From an uncultured bacterium (GTDB taxonomy: Bacteria; Patescibacteriota; Dojkabacteria; J137): DNA of 64,000 nt. Under the pieces are notes generated by a model. The model made no database searches and was not told where the DNA came from. It was given only the letters and a program-made list of their open reading frames with translations. The DNA lies in the NCBI GenBank assembly GCA_963700155.1, contig OY969472.1, positions 517,059 through 581,058 on the forward strand, given 5' to 3'. The position numbers and the translations under genes are program-made. Of the stretch, positions 1-8,765 are shown piece after piece (the stretch's first letter is position 1; every line of letters starts with the position of its first letter).

Positions 1-1
1 A

Positions 2-250
2 GTTTTTACTGAATTTAAAGAAATTCATGATAAATACGAAAAAGATAATAATAAATATCGAGAAGAATTTAATAGAATTGGCGAACCCGTTGTGGAATTA
101 ATTGATCAATATATTGATGATTTATGCAGAACTTCAGAAGGAGCAGGTTATGGGATGAATAGTACTAAACTTCCAGACTTATTCAGAACAGAAGTCAGAA
201 AAGAATTCCCTTCAATCGATGATGTTGGAATCGAAGTAGAGTATAATTAA
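2..250 (+). CDS. Partial CDS (3' end only), unknown function
   Basis: Open frame 2 runs from the window edge to the TAA at 248-250 (…LPDLFRTEVRKEFPSIDDVGIEVEYN*). No motif recognised. Confidence 0.35.
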   Translation, partial: VFTEFKEIHDKYEKDNNKYREEFNRIGEPVVELIDQYIDDLCRTSEGAGYGMNSTKLPDLFRTEVRKEFPSIDDVGIEVEYN

Positions 251-253
251 TTT

Positions 254-1963
254 GTGAAAAGGCTAAAGAAACTAAAATCACATTTAAATGAATTGTATGG
301 AGATTATGATTTTAGCGAACTATATGGAATATTAGAGCGACTTCCCGATGAAGATAAAAACAATACTGACTGGTATAAGCATTTCAATCTTTACGTTACA
401 TATCCCGACAGTTTTCAAAAAGATAGAAAAAGGAATTTTTCTACATTAAAAGATCAATTAAAAAGAATTAAGTCTTCAGGATTTACAGGTATACATGTTC
501 TCCCATTCCTAGATTCTCCTTTGGTAGACGCTGGATTTGATGTAAGAAATTATGAAAAAATAAGAAGTGACCTTGGTAGTGAAGAAGATTTTGATGAATT
601 TTTAAGAGAAGCGAAAAAACTGAAAATTAAAGTTTTTATGGATATGATTTTAAATCATGTTTCGTATCAGCATACCTGGTTTCAACAAGCAGTTAAAGGA
701 AATGAAGATTATCGGGAATTCTTCTATGCTTTCAAAGAAAAACCGACTTTATTAGGAAAGAGCCAAGACACAAGTGGTCATTTTGTAAAATATAAGTTAG
801 GAAAAAGAATTATAGACATTAGATTAATATTTCCTGAACTTTCAAGTTCACTGCCTAACTTTTATAAAGGAGATGATGGCTATTATTATTTTCATACATT
901 TTATCCTGAACAGATTGATTTAAATTGGAGTAATCCAAAAGTATTTATAGAGCTTTCAAAAATTTTAATTTATTGGGCAAAGAAAGGTGTAAGCTTTAGG
1001 TTGGATGCCATACCGTTTATTGGAAAGAACTTTAAACTTGAAATTTTTGAAAGCTCTCCAAGTGCTCATAAAATTATTCAAGCCCTAAATATTATTATTA
1101 CAGGAATTAATCCTGATGCAGTATTTTTATCTGAATCTTATCAGCCAATTGAAAAAGTAATGCATTATTTTGGGGATAATAAAAATTCAGAATCAAAACT
1201 TGCCTATGATTTTAAAATGATGAATGTTTTATGGGAAGTATTAATAACTAGGAATTTCGGTAAACTAAAAGAATACCTTCAGTTAAAAAAGACTTTTACT
1301 CTTCCAGAAGACGCACAATGGGTAACTCTTTTAAGAAATCATGATGAACTTAGTCTTGAATATGCAGATGAAAATGCTAGAAAAATAATCTTAAAAGAAT
1401 TAACACCTAAAGGAATGGATTTTAAAAAAGGGTATGGAATTTCTGGGAGAACAGCTTCATTCTTGGGTGATAAAAGATTAATCTCAGCTTATGCTTTACT
1501 TTGTTCACTCCCGGGATGTCCTGCCTTAATTTATGGTGACGAAATTGGGAAAAAGAATGATATTGAAAACTTGAAAAAGCTTCAGAAAAGGAAAGAAGAA
1601 ACTATTGGGAAAATTATTGTTGATTCAAGAGATATAAATCGAGGAGTAATTGAAAGTGGTGATTTGAACATGGAAAAAAATATTAAATTACAGAAAGCTA
1701 TTTCTGATATTTTTAACCTAAGATTAAAATTTCCTGAAATGTATACACTAGATCCTATAGTTGAAAACACATTGGATAATTCTATTCATTTGAAATATGA
1801 ATTACAGGATAAGAAAGAGCTACACTGCATTATGAATTTAAGCGATGAAATACTTGAATTAAATTTTGATTATTCCAAGGTACTTTTAAAGGTTAATGAT
1901 GTTAAAATTGACGGCAATAATATTTATTTATCGAAAGATTCTGTTATCTGGATTTTATGCTGA
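254..1963 (+). CDS. Glycoside hydrolase family 13 (alpha-amylase superfamily) enzyme, TreS/amylosucrase/oligo-glucosidase-like
   Basis: GTG start. GH13 conserved regions: DAGFDVRNY, KVFMDMILNHVS, GVSFRLDAIPFI (nucleophile region), LLRNHDELSL (NHD region) and YGDEIG near the C-terminus. Confidence 0.8.
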   Translation: MKRLKKLKSHLNELYGDYDFSELYGILERLPDEDKNNTDWYKHFNLYVTYPDSFQKDRKRNFSTLKDQLKRIKSSGFTGIHVLPFLDSPLVDAGFDVRNYEKIRSDLGSEEDFDEFLREAKKLKIKVFMDMILNHVSYQHTWFQQAVKGNEDYREFFYAFKEKPTLLGKSQDTSGHFVKYKLGKRIIDIRLIFPELSSSLPNFYKGDDGYYYFHTFYPEQIDLNWSNPKVFIELSKILIYWAKKGVSFRLDAIPFIGKNFKLEIFESSPSAHKIIQALNIIITGINPDAVFLSESYQPIEKVMHYFGDNKNSESKLAYDFKMMNVLWEVLITRNFGKLKEYLQLKKTFTLPEDAQWVTLLRNHDELSLEYADENARKIILKELTPKGMDFKKGYGISGRTASFLGDKRLISAYALLCSLPGCPALIYGDEIGKKNDIENLKKLQKRKEETIGKIIVDSRDINRGVIESGDLNMEKNIKLQKAISDIFNLRLKFPEMYTLDPIVENTLDNSIHLKYELQDKKELHCIMNLSDEILELNFDYSKVLLKVNDVKIDGNNIYLSKDSVIWILC

Positions 1964-2658
1964 CATTAATTGGAACACCTTTGGGCAATATTGAAGATAT
2001 TTCTATAAGACAGTTAAAAACTTTATTTTCATTTGAAATTATCTTAGCGGAAGATACAAGAAGCTACATTAAGTTAAGAAACATTCTTTCTGAAAGATTT
2101 TCAGAGATTATCAGCGGATTAGGTCTTGATACTAATCATCGACCTGAACTAATTTCATATAGAGAGCAGAATCATAATAAAGTTTTACCTCAAATATTAG
2201 AATTATTAAAAGAAGAAAAGAAATTAGGTTTAATCACAGATGCAGGGATGCCTACAATTTCAGATCCTGGATATAAATTGGTAGATGAAGTTTTGAAAGC
2301 GGGTTTTGAGGTTGATGTGATTCCTGGAGCTACTGCAATTGAAACAGCTCTTGCGATTTCAGGACTACCAACTGATAGATTCACATTCTTAGGGTTTTTA
2401 CCTAGAACCAAATCTAAAATCCAGAAACTTTTACCTCAAAACCCGCAAAACACAATAATAATTTATGAGTCTCCTTTTAGAGTTATAAAAACTCTTGAAA
2501 TAATTTCTGAAGTTTATCCAGATGCAGAGATTGCTGCTTGCAATGATCTGACAAAAAAATTTCAGAAAGTCTGGAGAGGAAATATTAAAGAGGTGATTAT
2601 TGAACTCAAAAAAATAAAAGTACAGGGGGAATGGGTTTTAGTACTAAAGTGTTACTGA
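1957..2658 (+). CDS. rsmI: 16S rRNA (cytidine1402-2'-O)-methyltransferase RsmI (tetrapyrrole-methylase fold)
   Basis: N-terminal LIGTPLGNIEDISIRQL…AEDTR matches the RsmI signature. Length 233 aa. Overlaps the upstream gene by 7 nt. Confidence 0.8.
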   Translation: MLTLIGTPLGNIEDISIRQLKTLFSFEIILAEDTRSYIKLRNILSERFSEIISGLGLDTNHRPELISYREQNHNKVLPQILELLKEEKKLGLITDAGMPTISDPGYKLVDEVLKAGFEVDVIPGATAIETALAISGLPTDRFTFLGFLPRTKSKIQKLLPQNPQNTIIIYESPFRVIKTLEIISEVYPDAEIAACNDLTKKFQKVWRGNIKEVIIELKKIKVQGEWVLVLKCY

Positions 2659-2669
2659 TTAATATCTGA

Positions 2670-3014
2670 TTAATGTTTATCTTCGGTATTATATCTACTT
2701 AAAACCATAGCAATAAATCGAGCATAATATATATTTCCGTCTTTTCTTTTAGCAAAATCATATTGTCCTATTTCTTTATCTGTCAGATTTACTGAACCAA
2801 CGGCTTTATAAATTGCATCAGTAAGTTCAGAAAAAGTCATTCCTAGTATTTTTTGATCTACAGATTGAATATTTAAAATATGCAATATTGTATCTTCAAG
2901 ATCATGTCCTTCTTCTGTTGTTGTAAACTTCAAGGTATTTGTAATTCCAGGAATTTCTAAATTAATTTCTAGTCCAACTGGTAAATTCTTATCCTTTTCT
3001 AGTTTTTCAATCAT
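2670..3014 (-). CDS. Hypothetical protein (114 aa)
   Basis: Clean ORF with no recognisable motif. Confidence 0.35.
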   Translation of the reverse strand: MIEKLEKDKNLPVGLEINLEIPGITNTLKFTTTEEGHDLEDTILHILNIQSVDQKILGMTFSELTDAIYKAVGSVNLTDKEIGQYDFAKRKDGNIYYARFIAMVLSRYNTEDKH

Positions 3015-3056
3015 ATTAGAAAAATAAAAAAGATATAATAATTTAGTTTCAAATAA

Positions 3057-4571
3057 TTAGTTGACGATGTCAACTCTATAGCTCAAAGCTTCAGCAATAT
3101 GTTTTTCTTCAACTTTTTTTAAACCTTCTAAGTCGGCAATTGTTCGGGCAACCCGAAGAATTCTAAAATATGATCTTGCTGATAAATTCATTTTCCTTAC
3201 AGCCATATCTAACAATTGCCGAGAAGATAAATCTAATTCTATATATTTGAAAATATCTTTTTGCTTAATTTCTGAATTAGAAAAGATATTTTCATTTTCA
3301 AACCTTCTTAATTGAATCTCTTTGGCTTTTTTAACTCTAACTTTAATTTTCTCAGAACATTCAGATTCCTTATTTTCAAATAACTTATTATTTTCAACTT
3401 TTGGTACATTTATTAAAAGATCTATTCTATCCAAAATTGGTCCTGAAATTCTTTTTTGATATTTGATAACTTCACCTTGAGTACAAGTACAATGCCTTAT
3501 TGGGTCACCTCTGTAACCACATTTGCATGGGTTCATTGCTGCAACTAAAGTAAAGCTTGCCGGAAAAGTTAAAGAAGCAGAGGCTCTAGAAATTGTTACA
3601 ACTTTATCTTCTAAAGGCTGTCTTAAAGCTTCTAAAGATTGAGAAGTAAACTCTGGAAATTCATCTAAAAATAAAATACCTCGATGAGCTAAAGATATTT
3701 CTCCAGGGCGGGGGATTGCTCCCCCGCCCACAAGAGCTACTTGAGAAGAAGTATGATGCGGCGACCTGAAAGGTCGCCGCAAAACCAATGGAGAATCTTT
3801 TAAAGTCATTCCCGCAACACTATATATTCTTGTAACTTCAAGTGATTCTTCCAATGTCATATCAGGTAGAATTGAAGGAAGACATTTAGAAAGTAAAGTT
3901 TTTCCAGAACCTGGAACTCCAGAAAGCAAAATATTATGACCACCTGCTGCAGCAATTTCCATGGCTCTTTTGGCATGTTCTTGACCTTTAACTTGTGCAA
4001 AGTCATATTCGTAATTTTCAATAACATTAGAATCAAGATCTTTTACTTTTGGTTTTATTCTAATAATTCCGCTGAAATGAGCAATTAATTCACTAAGAGT
4101 TTCGACTGGATAAATTTTTATTCCATCAACAAGACTTGCTTCATCAGCATTCTCAAATGGTATATACACTTCTTCGAAACCAAGATTTTTTATATGATCA
4201 ACAATAGGTAAAATTCCATGAACAGGCCTAAGCCTTCCATCCAAAGCTAATTCACCAATAAAAAGTTTCTTTTCTGTATCAATTTTTATCTGTTCCGAAG
4301 CAATTAAATATCCAATAGCTAATGGAAGGTCATAACTAGGACCTGTTTTTATTAATTCGGCGGGAGCTAAATTCATTATAATCTGCATAGGTATAAAGCT
4401 CCCGCCAGAATTTTTAATCGCCGAAGGGATTCTATCTTTAGCTTCTTGTATTGACTTATCTGCAAGGCCTACAATAGAGAAGAAGTTTGTACCTTTTCGA
4501 TAATCAACTTCAACTTCTACAATTTTACAGTCTAGACCTAAGAGAGTAGCGGTATATAATTTTGCCAACAT
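3057..4571 (-). CDS. comM: Mg-chelatase-like AAA+ ATPase YifB/ComM
   Basis: N-terminal Lon-like domain, Walker A (GVPGSGKT), conserved RRPFRSPHH…LVGGG…PRPGEISLAHRGILFLDEFPEF block. 504 aa. Confidence 0.85.
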   Translation of the reverse strand: MLAKLYTATLLGLDCKIVEVEVDYRKGTNFFSIVGLADKSIQEAKDRIPSAIKNSGGSFIPMQIIMNLAPAELIKTGPSYDLPLAIGYLIASEQIKIDTEKKLFIGELALDGRLRPVHGILPIVDHIKNLGFEEVYIPFENADEASLVDGIKIYPVETLSELIAHFSGIIRIKPKVKDLDSNVIENYEYDFAQVKGQEHAKRAMEIAAAGGHNILLSGVPGSGKTLLSKCLPSILPDMTLEESLEVTRIYSVAGMTLKDSPLVLRRPFRSPHHTSSQVALVGGGAIPRPGEISLAHRGILFLDEFPEFTSQSLEALRQPLEDKVVTISRASASLTFPASFTLVAAMNPCKCGYRGDPIRHCTCTQGEVIKYQKRISGPILDRIDLLINVPKVENNKLFENKESECSEKIKVRVKKAKEIQLRRFENENIFSNSEIKQKDIFKYIELDLSSRQLLDMAVRKMNLSARSYFRILRVARTIADLEGLKKVEEKHIAEALSYRVDIVN

Positions 4572-4705
4572 GAAGCAATTTTATGAAAGATTTCTTACAA
4601 AGTTCTGACAATTTTAACTCTCTATATTTAATAAATAGCACCTGATTTCCTCAATTAATGAGCTCAACTTATCCGAATTTAAATTGAAATCCCAATAATA
4701 ATCTA

Positions 4706-5347
4706 TTATTTTTTTATAAGTTCATCGCTTAAATAATTCTTGAATAAACAATAATCATAAAATGAATATCCATCTTCGTATAACTCTGGCATCGTAAATC
4801 TTTTTCCAGGATAATGTAAATAGCATCCTTCAAGACAGTACCATAACAAACTTAAGATTCCTCTGTAATCTTCATATAAATAATAACCAACGGCTTGATC
4901 AACAGAAATATTTAAATCTGTTATCTTTACAATCCATTGATTTAAAGGATGTGTTAAATTATGAACTAACACATTTTCTGGTTTTAAATCTCTATGTGCC
5001 ATGTGATTACTATGCAAATATCTAATTCCTTCAATTACCTGACTTAAAATAAAAAACATTCTTTCAGGGTCAATAACTATTTTTTGAAGGTTAGACTCCA
5101 TCAATGGATAAAATTCAACTGTCTTTACTTTATTTCTAAGCCTACCTTTTATTTTAGCTTGAAAAACATCTAGTACCGTAAGAATATTTGGGTGCTCTAG
5201 TGTATAAGCAAGATTATTTTCACCATTAGCACGATTAACAATTCTCATTGCAACTGTTCTACCATTTCTGGGAATAGTATATTCATAAACACTACTAAAA
5301 TAACCTGATCCGATTTTATTTGCCGTACTTAAGTTTATTTTCTCCAT
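4706..5347 (-). CDS. Minimal eukaryotic-like protein kinase domain protein (Bud32/RIO-sized, atypical catalytic residues)
   Basis: Gly-rich loop GSGYFSSVY, β3 VAMRIV (Arg in place of the usual Lys), HPNIL αC region, catalytic loop HRDLKPENVLV, and DLN where DFG is expected. No APE or activation segment. 213 aa. Its start lies 1 nt past the tsaD stop. Confidence 0.6.
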   Translation of the reverse strand: MEKINLSTANKIGSGYFSSVYEYTIPRNGRTVAMRIVNRANGENNLAYTLEHPNILTVLDVFQAKIKGRLRNKVKTVEFYPLMESNLQKIVIDPERMFFILSQVIEGIRYLHSNHMAHRDLKPENVLVHNLTHPLNQWIVKITDLNISVDQAVGYYLYEDYRGILSLLWYCLEGCYLHYPGKRFTMPELYEDGYSFYDYCLFKNYLSDELIKK

Positions 5348-5348
5348 T

Positions 5349-6563
5349 TTAAAAACTTAGCGTTGGGTCTCGATCGATTTGATCAAAATCTTTTAAATAA
5401 ATATTTTCTGAAGGATTATGTTTTATTTCTGAAATTTTTGAAAGCTTAACATTCGCAGCAACTGCAATCATAGCTGCATTATCTCCAGTCAATTTCTTTG
5501 AATATGGGAATCGCATTTTAATATTATTTTCTTTACAAATTACCCTAAATTCAGATCTCAATCTTGAACTAGCTATAACGCCGCCGCCAAGCCAAAGTTC
5601 TTTAGGTTGGTATTTCTGAATTGCTTTTCGAAGCTTGAACTTAAGCTGTTCAAGGGCGGCGGCTTCAAATACTACACACAAATCCATAATTTGTTCTTTT
5701 GTTAATCCGCCTTTTGATTTATCAGAATACAATCCTTCGATTTCTTCTTTGTGGCTTATAGTTTTGTTTAACAATTTCTCTACTAATTGCTTAAATGCTG
5801 TTTTTACTCCTGAATAACTGAAGTTTAAGTCACCAGATCTAATCATCGCTATCGGCAACATATATTCTGCTTTTGTATTTTTATTTGTACACTTTACTGA
5901 AGTACTTAGATTATCTTTAACAATTTCAATTTTCATATTTTTTCTTTGTCTTTTTGCAAATTCAGTAATAATCGGACCTGCAGGATATCCAAGTCCTAAA
6001 ATCCTTCCGCATTTATCATAAGCTTCTCCACATGAATCGTCTAAAGTTTCCCCTAGTTTTTCATATTCACCCCAGTTTTTTACAAGAATTAATTCAGTAT
6101 GGCTTCCAGAAACTAAAAAACCTAATGTTGGAAATTGCTGATCATTAACTTTGGTTTCAAAATCTAACTCTTTTAATTCTGATTTTCTCTCGGCGAAAGC
6201 TGAAAGAAGATGTCCTTCCATGTGATTTATTAAAATAAGTGGTTTATTATATTCAACACTCAAAGCTTTCGCCTTTTTAACTCCAATTTCTAAAGCTATT
6301 GCCAATCCTGGACCAATAGTTACTGCAACAGCATCAATATCCTTCATTTCTAAACCGGCTCTTTTCAAAGCTTCAATAACAACATTATCTATTCTTTCTG
6401 CATGTGCTAATCTTGCAAGATTAGGCACAACACCTCCATATTTTTTATGAAATTCCATTTGAGATGGCTGGACATTTGAAAGTACAGTAAAACCTCGGAC
6501 AACTGAAGCCGATGTTTCATCACAAGATGTATCTATTCCTAGTGTTAAAAAGTCTTTATGCAT
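5349..6563 (-). CDS. tsaD: tRNA N6-adenosine threonylcarbamoyltransferase TsaD/Kae1/Qri7 family
   Basis: LGIDTSCDETSASVV, GGVVPNLARLAHAERI, ASKH-fold metal-binding motifs, C-terminal GDNAAMIA. The likely start is the internal Met (MHKDFLTLGID) at 6563, whereas the ORF track extends to 6599. Confidence 0.85.
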   Translation of the reverse strand: MHKDFLTLGIDTSCDETSASVVRGFTVLSNVQPSQMEFHKKYGGVVPNLARLAHAERIDNVVIEALKRAGLEMKDIDAVAVTIGPGLAIALEIGVKKAKALSVEYNKPLILINHMEGHLLSAFAERKSELKELDFETKVNDQQFPTLGFLVSGSHTELILVKNWGEYEKLGETLDDSCGEAYDKCGRILGLGYPAGPIITEFAKRQRKNMKIEIVKDNLSTSVKCTNKNTKAEYMLPIAMIRSGDLNFSYSGVKTAFKQLVEKLLNKTISHKEEIEGLYSDKSKGGLTKEQIMDLCVVFEAAALEQLKFKLRKAIQKYQPKELWLGGGVIASSRLRSEFRVICKENNIKMRFPYSKKLTGDNAAMIAVAANVKLSKISEIKHNPSENIYLKDFDQIDRDPTLSF

Positions 6564-6579
6564 GGGTGTATTATAGCAT

Positions 6580-7074
6580 TTACTGCCCCAATAAATCATC
6601 TAAAGTAGCTGTAGGCTCTTCTTTGGAAGGTAAAAGATTCAAGTAATTTCCCGTATTACAAAATAAAGCAATCATCTGTTCAAATGCATCTATCATAAAC
6701 CTATTATCTATACCTAAAAAATTATAATCTATATTAAAAAGGCTTAATCTCTGGGAAATTCTGAATATCATCTCTTCGCAGCACTGTATTTCAAAATCAG
6801 TTGAAAAATAATAATCACCACCATGAATATTTAATTCCATTTCTATATTTTTAATTTTTTGTTTTCCTCTTTCAGTTAAATGAAAAGTTTTTAACTCCCC
6901 GTCTTCAGTCGGATTATCGTATTCTATATAGCCATCTCTAACAAAAATGTCTAATCTGGAAAAGAAATTTCTTATAGCTAAAGATTCTCTTTCGATTTGA
7001 ATTTCTGAAGGTTGAATTTTAGGAATCGTGGGAAGTCTTATTCCTTTATATTTTTTATAAAAAAGTTTATCCAT
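6580..7074 (-). CDS. Hypothetical protein (164 aa) immediately upstream of tsaD, same strand
   Basis: ORF with no Walker A or any TsaB/TsaE hallmark. Its 8-nt overlap with the downstream hydrolase gene and 16-nt gap to tsaD suggest one operon. Confidence 0.4.
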   Translation of the reverse strand: MDKLFYKKYKGIRLPTIPKIQPSEIQIERESLAIRNFFSRLDIFVRDGYIEYDNPTEDGELKTFHLTERGKQKIKNIEMELNIHGGDYYFSTDFEIQCCEEMIFRISQRLSLFNIDYNFLGIDNRFMIDAFEQMIALFCNTGNYLNLLPSKEEPTATLDDLLGQ

Positions 7075-7576
7075 TAATGAGTTCTAAAATATCATCTGGA
7101 TACTTATAGACATGATCACTCCTATCTTTTTCAATTAAAGTATAGCTAATATCTTTCAAAAATGATTTTAGAAGATCAATTGATCCATAAGGATCTTTGG
7201 AGTTTTGAATTACTGTAATTGGAGCTGATATAGACTTTAGATTCTGATAATATTCATTTTGCTCTTCTTTATTGAAACCATTTACAGGAATGCCAAGAAG
7301 AATTATCTTTTTTATTTTATCTTTATACTCAGAAATCAGCTTTACAACCACATAAGTCCCAATTGACTTACCTATCAAAATTAGCTCGTCATTTGAATCA
7401 ATATGTGATTTAACTTTTTCAGCTTCAGCATCCCAACCAATCGGTTCACTTTCATTTTTCCAATGATTCCATTGATGAAAATAGACATTACAGCCGGAGT
7501 TATAAAGTGAAGAAGTAATCATTTGACCTTCTTCTTTATTTTTAATTGAGCTACCTGGAAGATATATTATTTTCAC
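7067..7576 (-). CDS. Small alpha/beta-hydrolase-fold serine hydrolase (YdeN/RBBP9-like)
   Basis: GKSIG (GxSxG nucleophile elbow), a late Asp and SDH near the C-terminus. 169 aa. Confidence 0.5.
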   Translation of the reverse strand: MKIIYLPGSSIKNKEEGQMITSSLYNSGCNVYFHQWNHWKNESEPIGWDAEAEKVKSHIDSNDELILIGKSIGTYVVVKLISEYKDKIKKIILLGIPVNGFNKEEQNEYYQNLKSISAPITVIQNSKDPYGSIDLLKSFLKDISYTLIEKDRSDHVYKYPDDILELING

Positions 7577-7578
7577 TC

Positions 7579-8010
7579 TTAAAAAGTCAAATCAAATACG
7601 ACCTCTGGTTTTGACTTCAAATCAGAATACCTTATCCATTTTGGATCTATCACAAACCATCTTTCATCTGGTAAATCAGCATAAACTTTCGATCCTGGAT
7701 TTTTTGTAATATGAATATTTTTAATTCTTTCAACATCATCTCCTTGAACTACATGTGCTTCACCTTCAAATTGAATTGTTATAAATTCATTAAAATCCCA
7801 ACCTAAAACAAATGATACTTTTGGATTTTTCATAAGATAAGAATATTTTCGAGTCTTATCTGAAGTTCCAAATATTATCTTTAAATCATCAGTCTCAGAA
7901 AATGCTAAAACAGCAGAAGTCGGTTGGTCACCATTCACTGTTGAAACAACACAAAGATCATGTGATTTTAGAAAATCTTTTATTAACTGAATCTGATCAG
8001 CCCTATCCAT
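7579..8010 (-). CDS. Pyridoxamine 5'-phosphate oxidase-like FMN-binding split-barrel protein
   Basis: About 140 aa with a pattern typical of the general-stress-protein-26/PNPOx-like family (LCVVSTVNGDQPTSAVLAF…). Confidence 0.55.
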   Translation of the reverse strand: MDRADQIQLIKDFLKSHDLCVVSTVNGDQPTSAVLAFSETDDLKIIFGTSDKTRKYSYLMKNPKVSFVLGWDFNEFITIQFEGEAHVVQGDDVERIKNIHITKNPGSKVYADLPDERWFVIDPKWIRYSDLKSKPEVVFDLTF

Positions 8011-8034
8011 ATATTTAAATGTAATAAATGAACT

Positions 8035-8637
8035 TTATTTATTATATAGTTCTTCAACCATATCCCAGTTAATAACATTCCAGAAAGCATCAATATATTC
8101 CGGTCTTCTATTTTGATATTTCAAATAATAAGCATGTTCCCAAACATCAAGTCCCATAACAGATTTATGATCATGTAGCAAAGTACTATCCTGATTAGGA
8201 AGTTGGTGTAAATGAAAATTTCCTTCATTATCAGCACCTATCATTACCCATCCACTCCCAAAAAGAGTAGATGCTTGTTTTACAAATTCCTCTTTAAAAC
8301 TATTGAAGTCACCCCAAACTTTATTAATCTCTTCGGCAACTCTTCCAATCGGTTCTTTTGAACCATCTTTGCTTAAAATCTGCCAGAATAATGAATGATT
8401 GTAATGTCCGCCACCATTATTCCTAACAGCAGTTCTTATATCTTCGGGAACCGAATCTAAATCCACTAAAAGCTCTTCGATAGTTTTTGACTGCAATTCT
8501 TCATGTCCTTCCAATGCAGCATTGAGTTTTTTAACATATCCTCCATGGTGCAAATCATGATGAATCTCCATAGTTTTAGCATCAATATATGGCTCTAGCG
8601 CGTCAAATGAGTATGGTAATTGAGGTAACTCGAACAT
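8035..8637 (-). CDS. sodA: Fe/Mn superoxide dismutase
   Basis: LPYSFDALEPYID, HHDLHHGGYV, and DVWEHAYYL metal ligands. 200 aa. Confidence 0.9.
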   Translation of the reverse strand: MFELPQLPYSFDALEPYIDAKTMEIHHDLHHGGYVKKLNAALEGHEELQSKTIEELLVDLDSVPEDIRTAVRNNGGGHYNHSLFWQILSKDGSKEPIGRVAEEINKVWGDFNSFKEEFVKQASTLFGSGWVMIGADNEGNFHLHQLPNQDSTLLHDHKSVMGLDVWEHAYYLKYQNRRPEYIDAFWNVINWDMVEELYNK

Positions 8638-8765
8638 ATAGTATTTCCTTAAAAAGTAAACTATAAAAAGTATATCATAGTGAAGTTTTTGAGTCGTAAC
8701 TTCAGTTTGACCTAAATTTAAATTACCACTATAGTGTTAAAATTTTGTAAAGATTAAAAATTTTT

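Noticed and set aside
1582-1770. Short opposite-strand or embedded ORFs in the six-frame track (1582-1770, 2190-2411, 5635-5817, 8729-9019, 9086-9334, 10172-10399, 15614-15799, 17705-17890, 20034-20561, 25975-26298, 27208-27522, 28588-28770, 29623-29844, 31186-31437, 31537-31734, 32026-32522, 34718-34900, 35050-35636, 37444-37647, 41333-41584, 41953-42240, 43125-43385, 44582-44905, 45767-45949, 48433-48636, 49019-49309, 56361-56555, 57204-57398)
   Set aside because: All lie inside, and antisense to or out of frame with, long well-supported genes. Most are low-complexity. They are typical shadow ORFs of an AT-rich genome.
3706-3780. GC-rich hairpins in comM as inserted mobile palindromic elements
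   Set aside because: They encode residues conserved across ComM/YifB (GGG…PRPGE and RRPFRSPHH), so they are native sequence. Only the codon choice is unusual.
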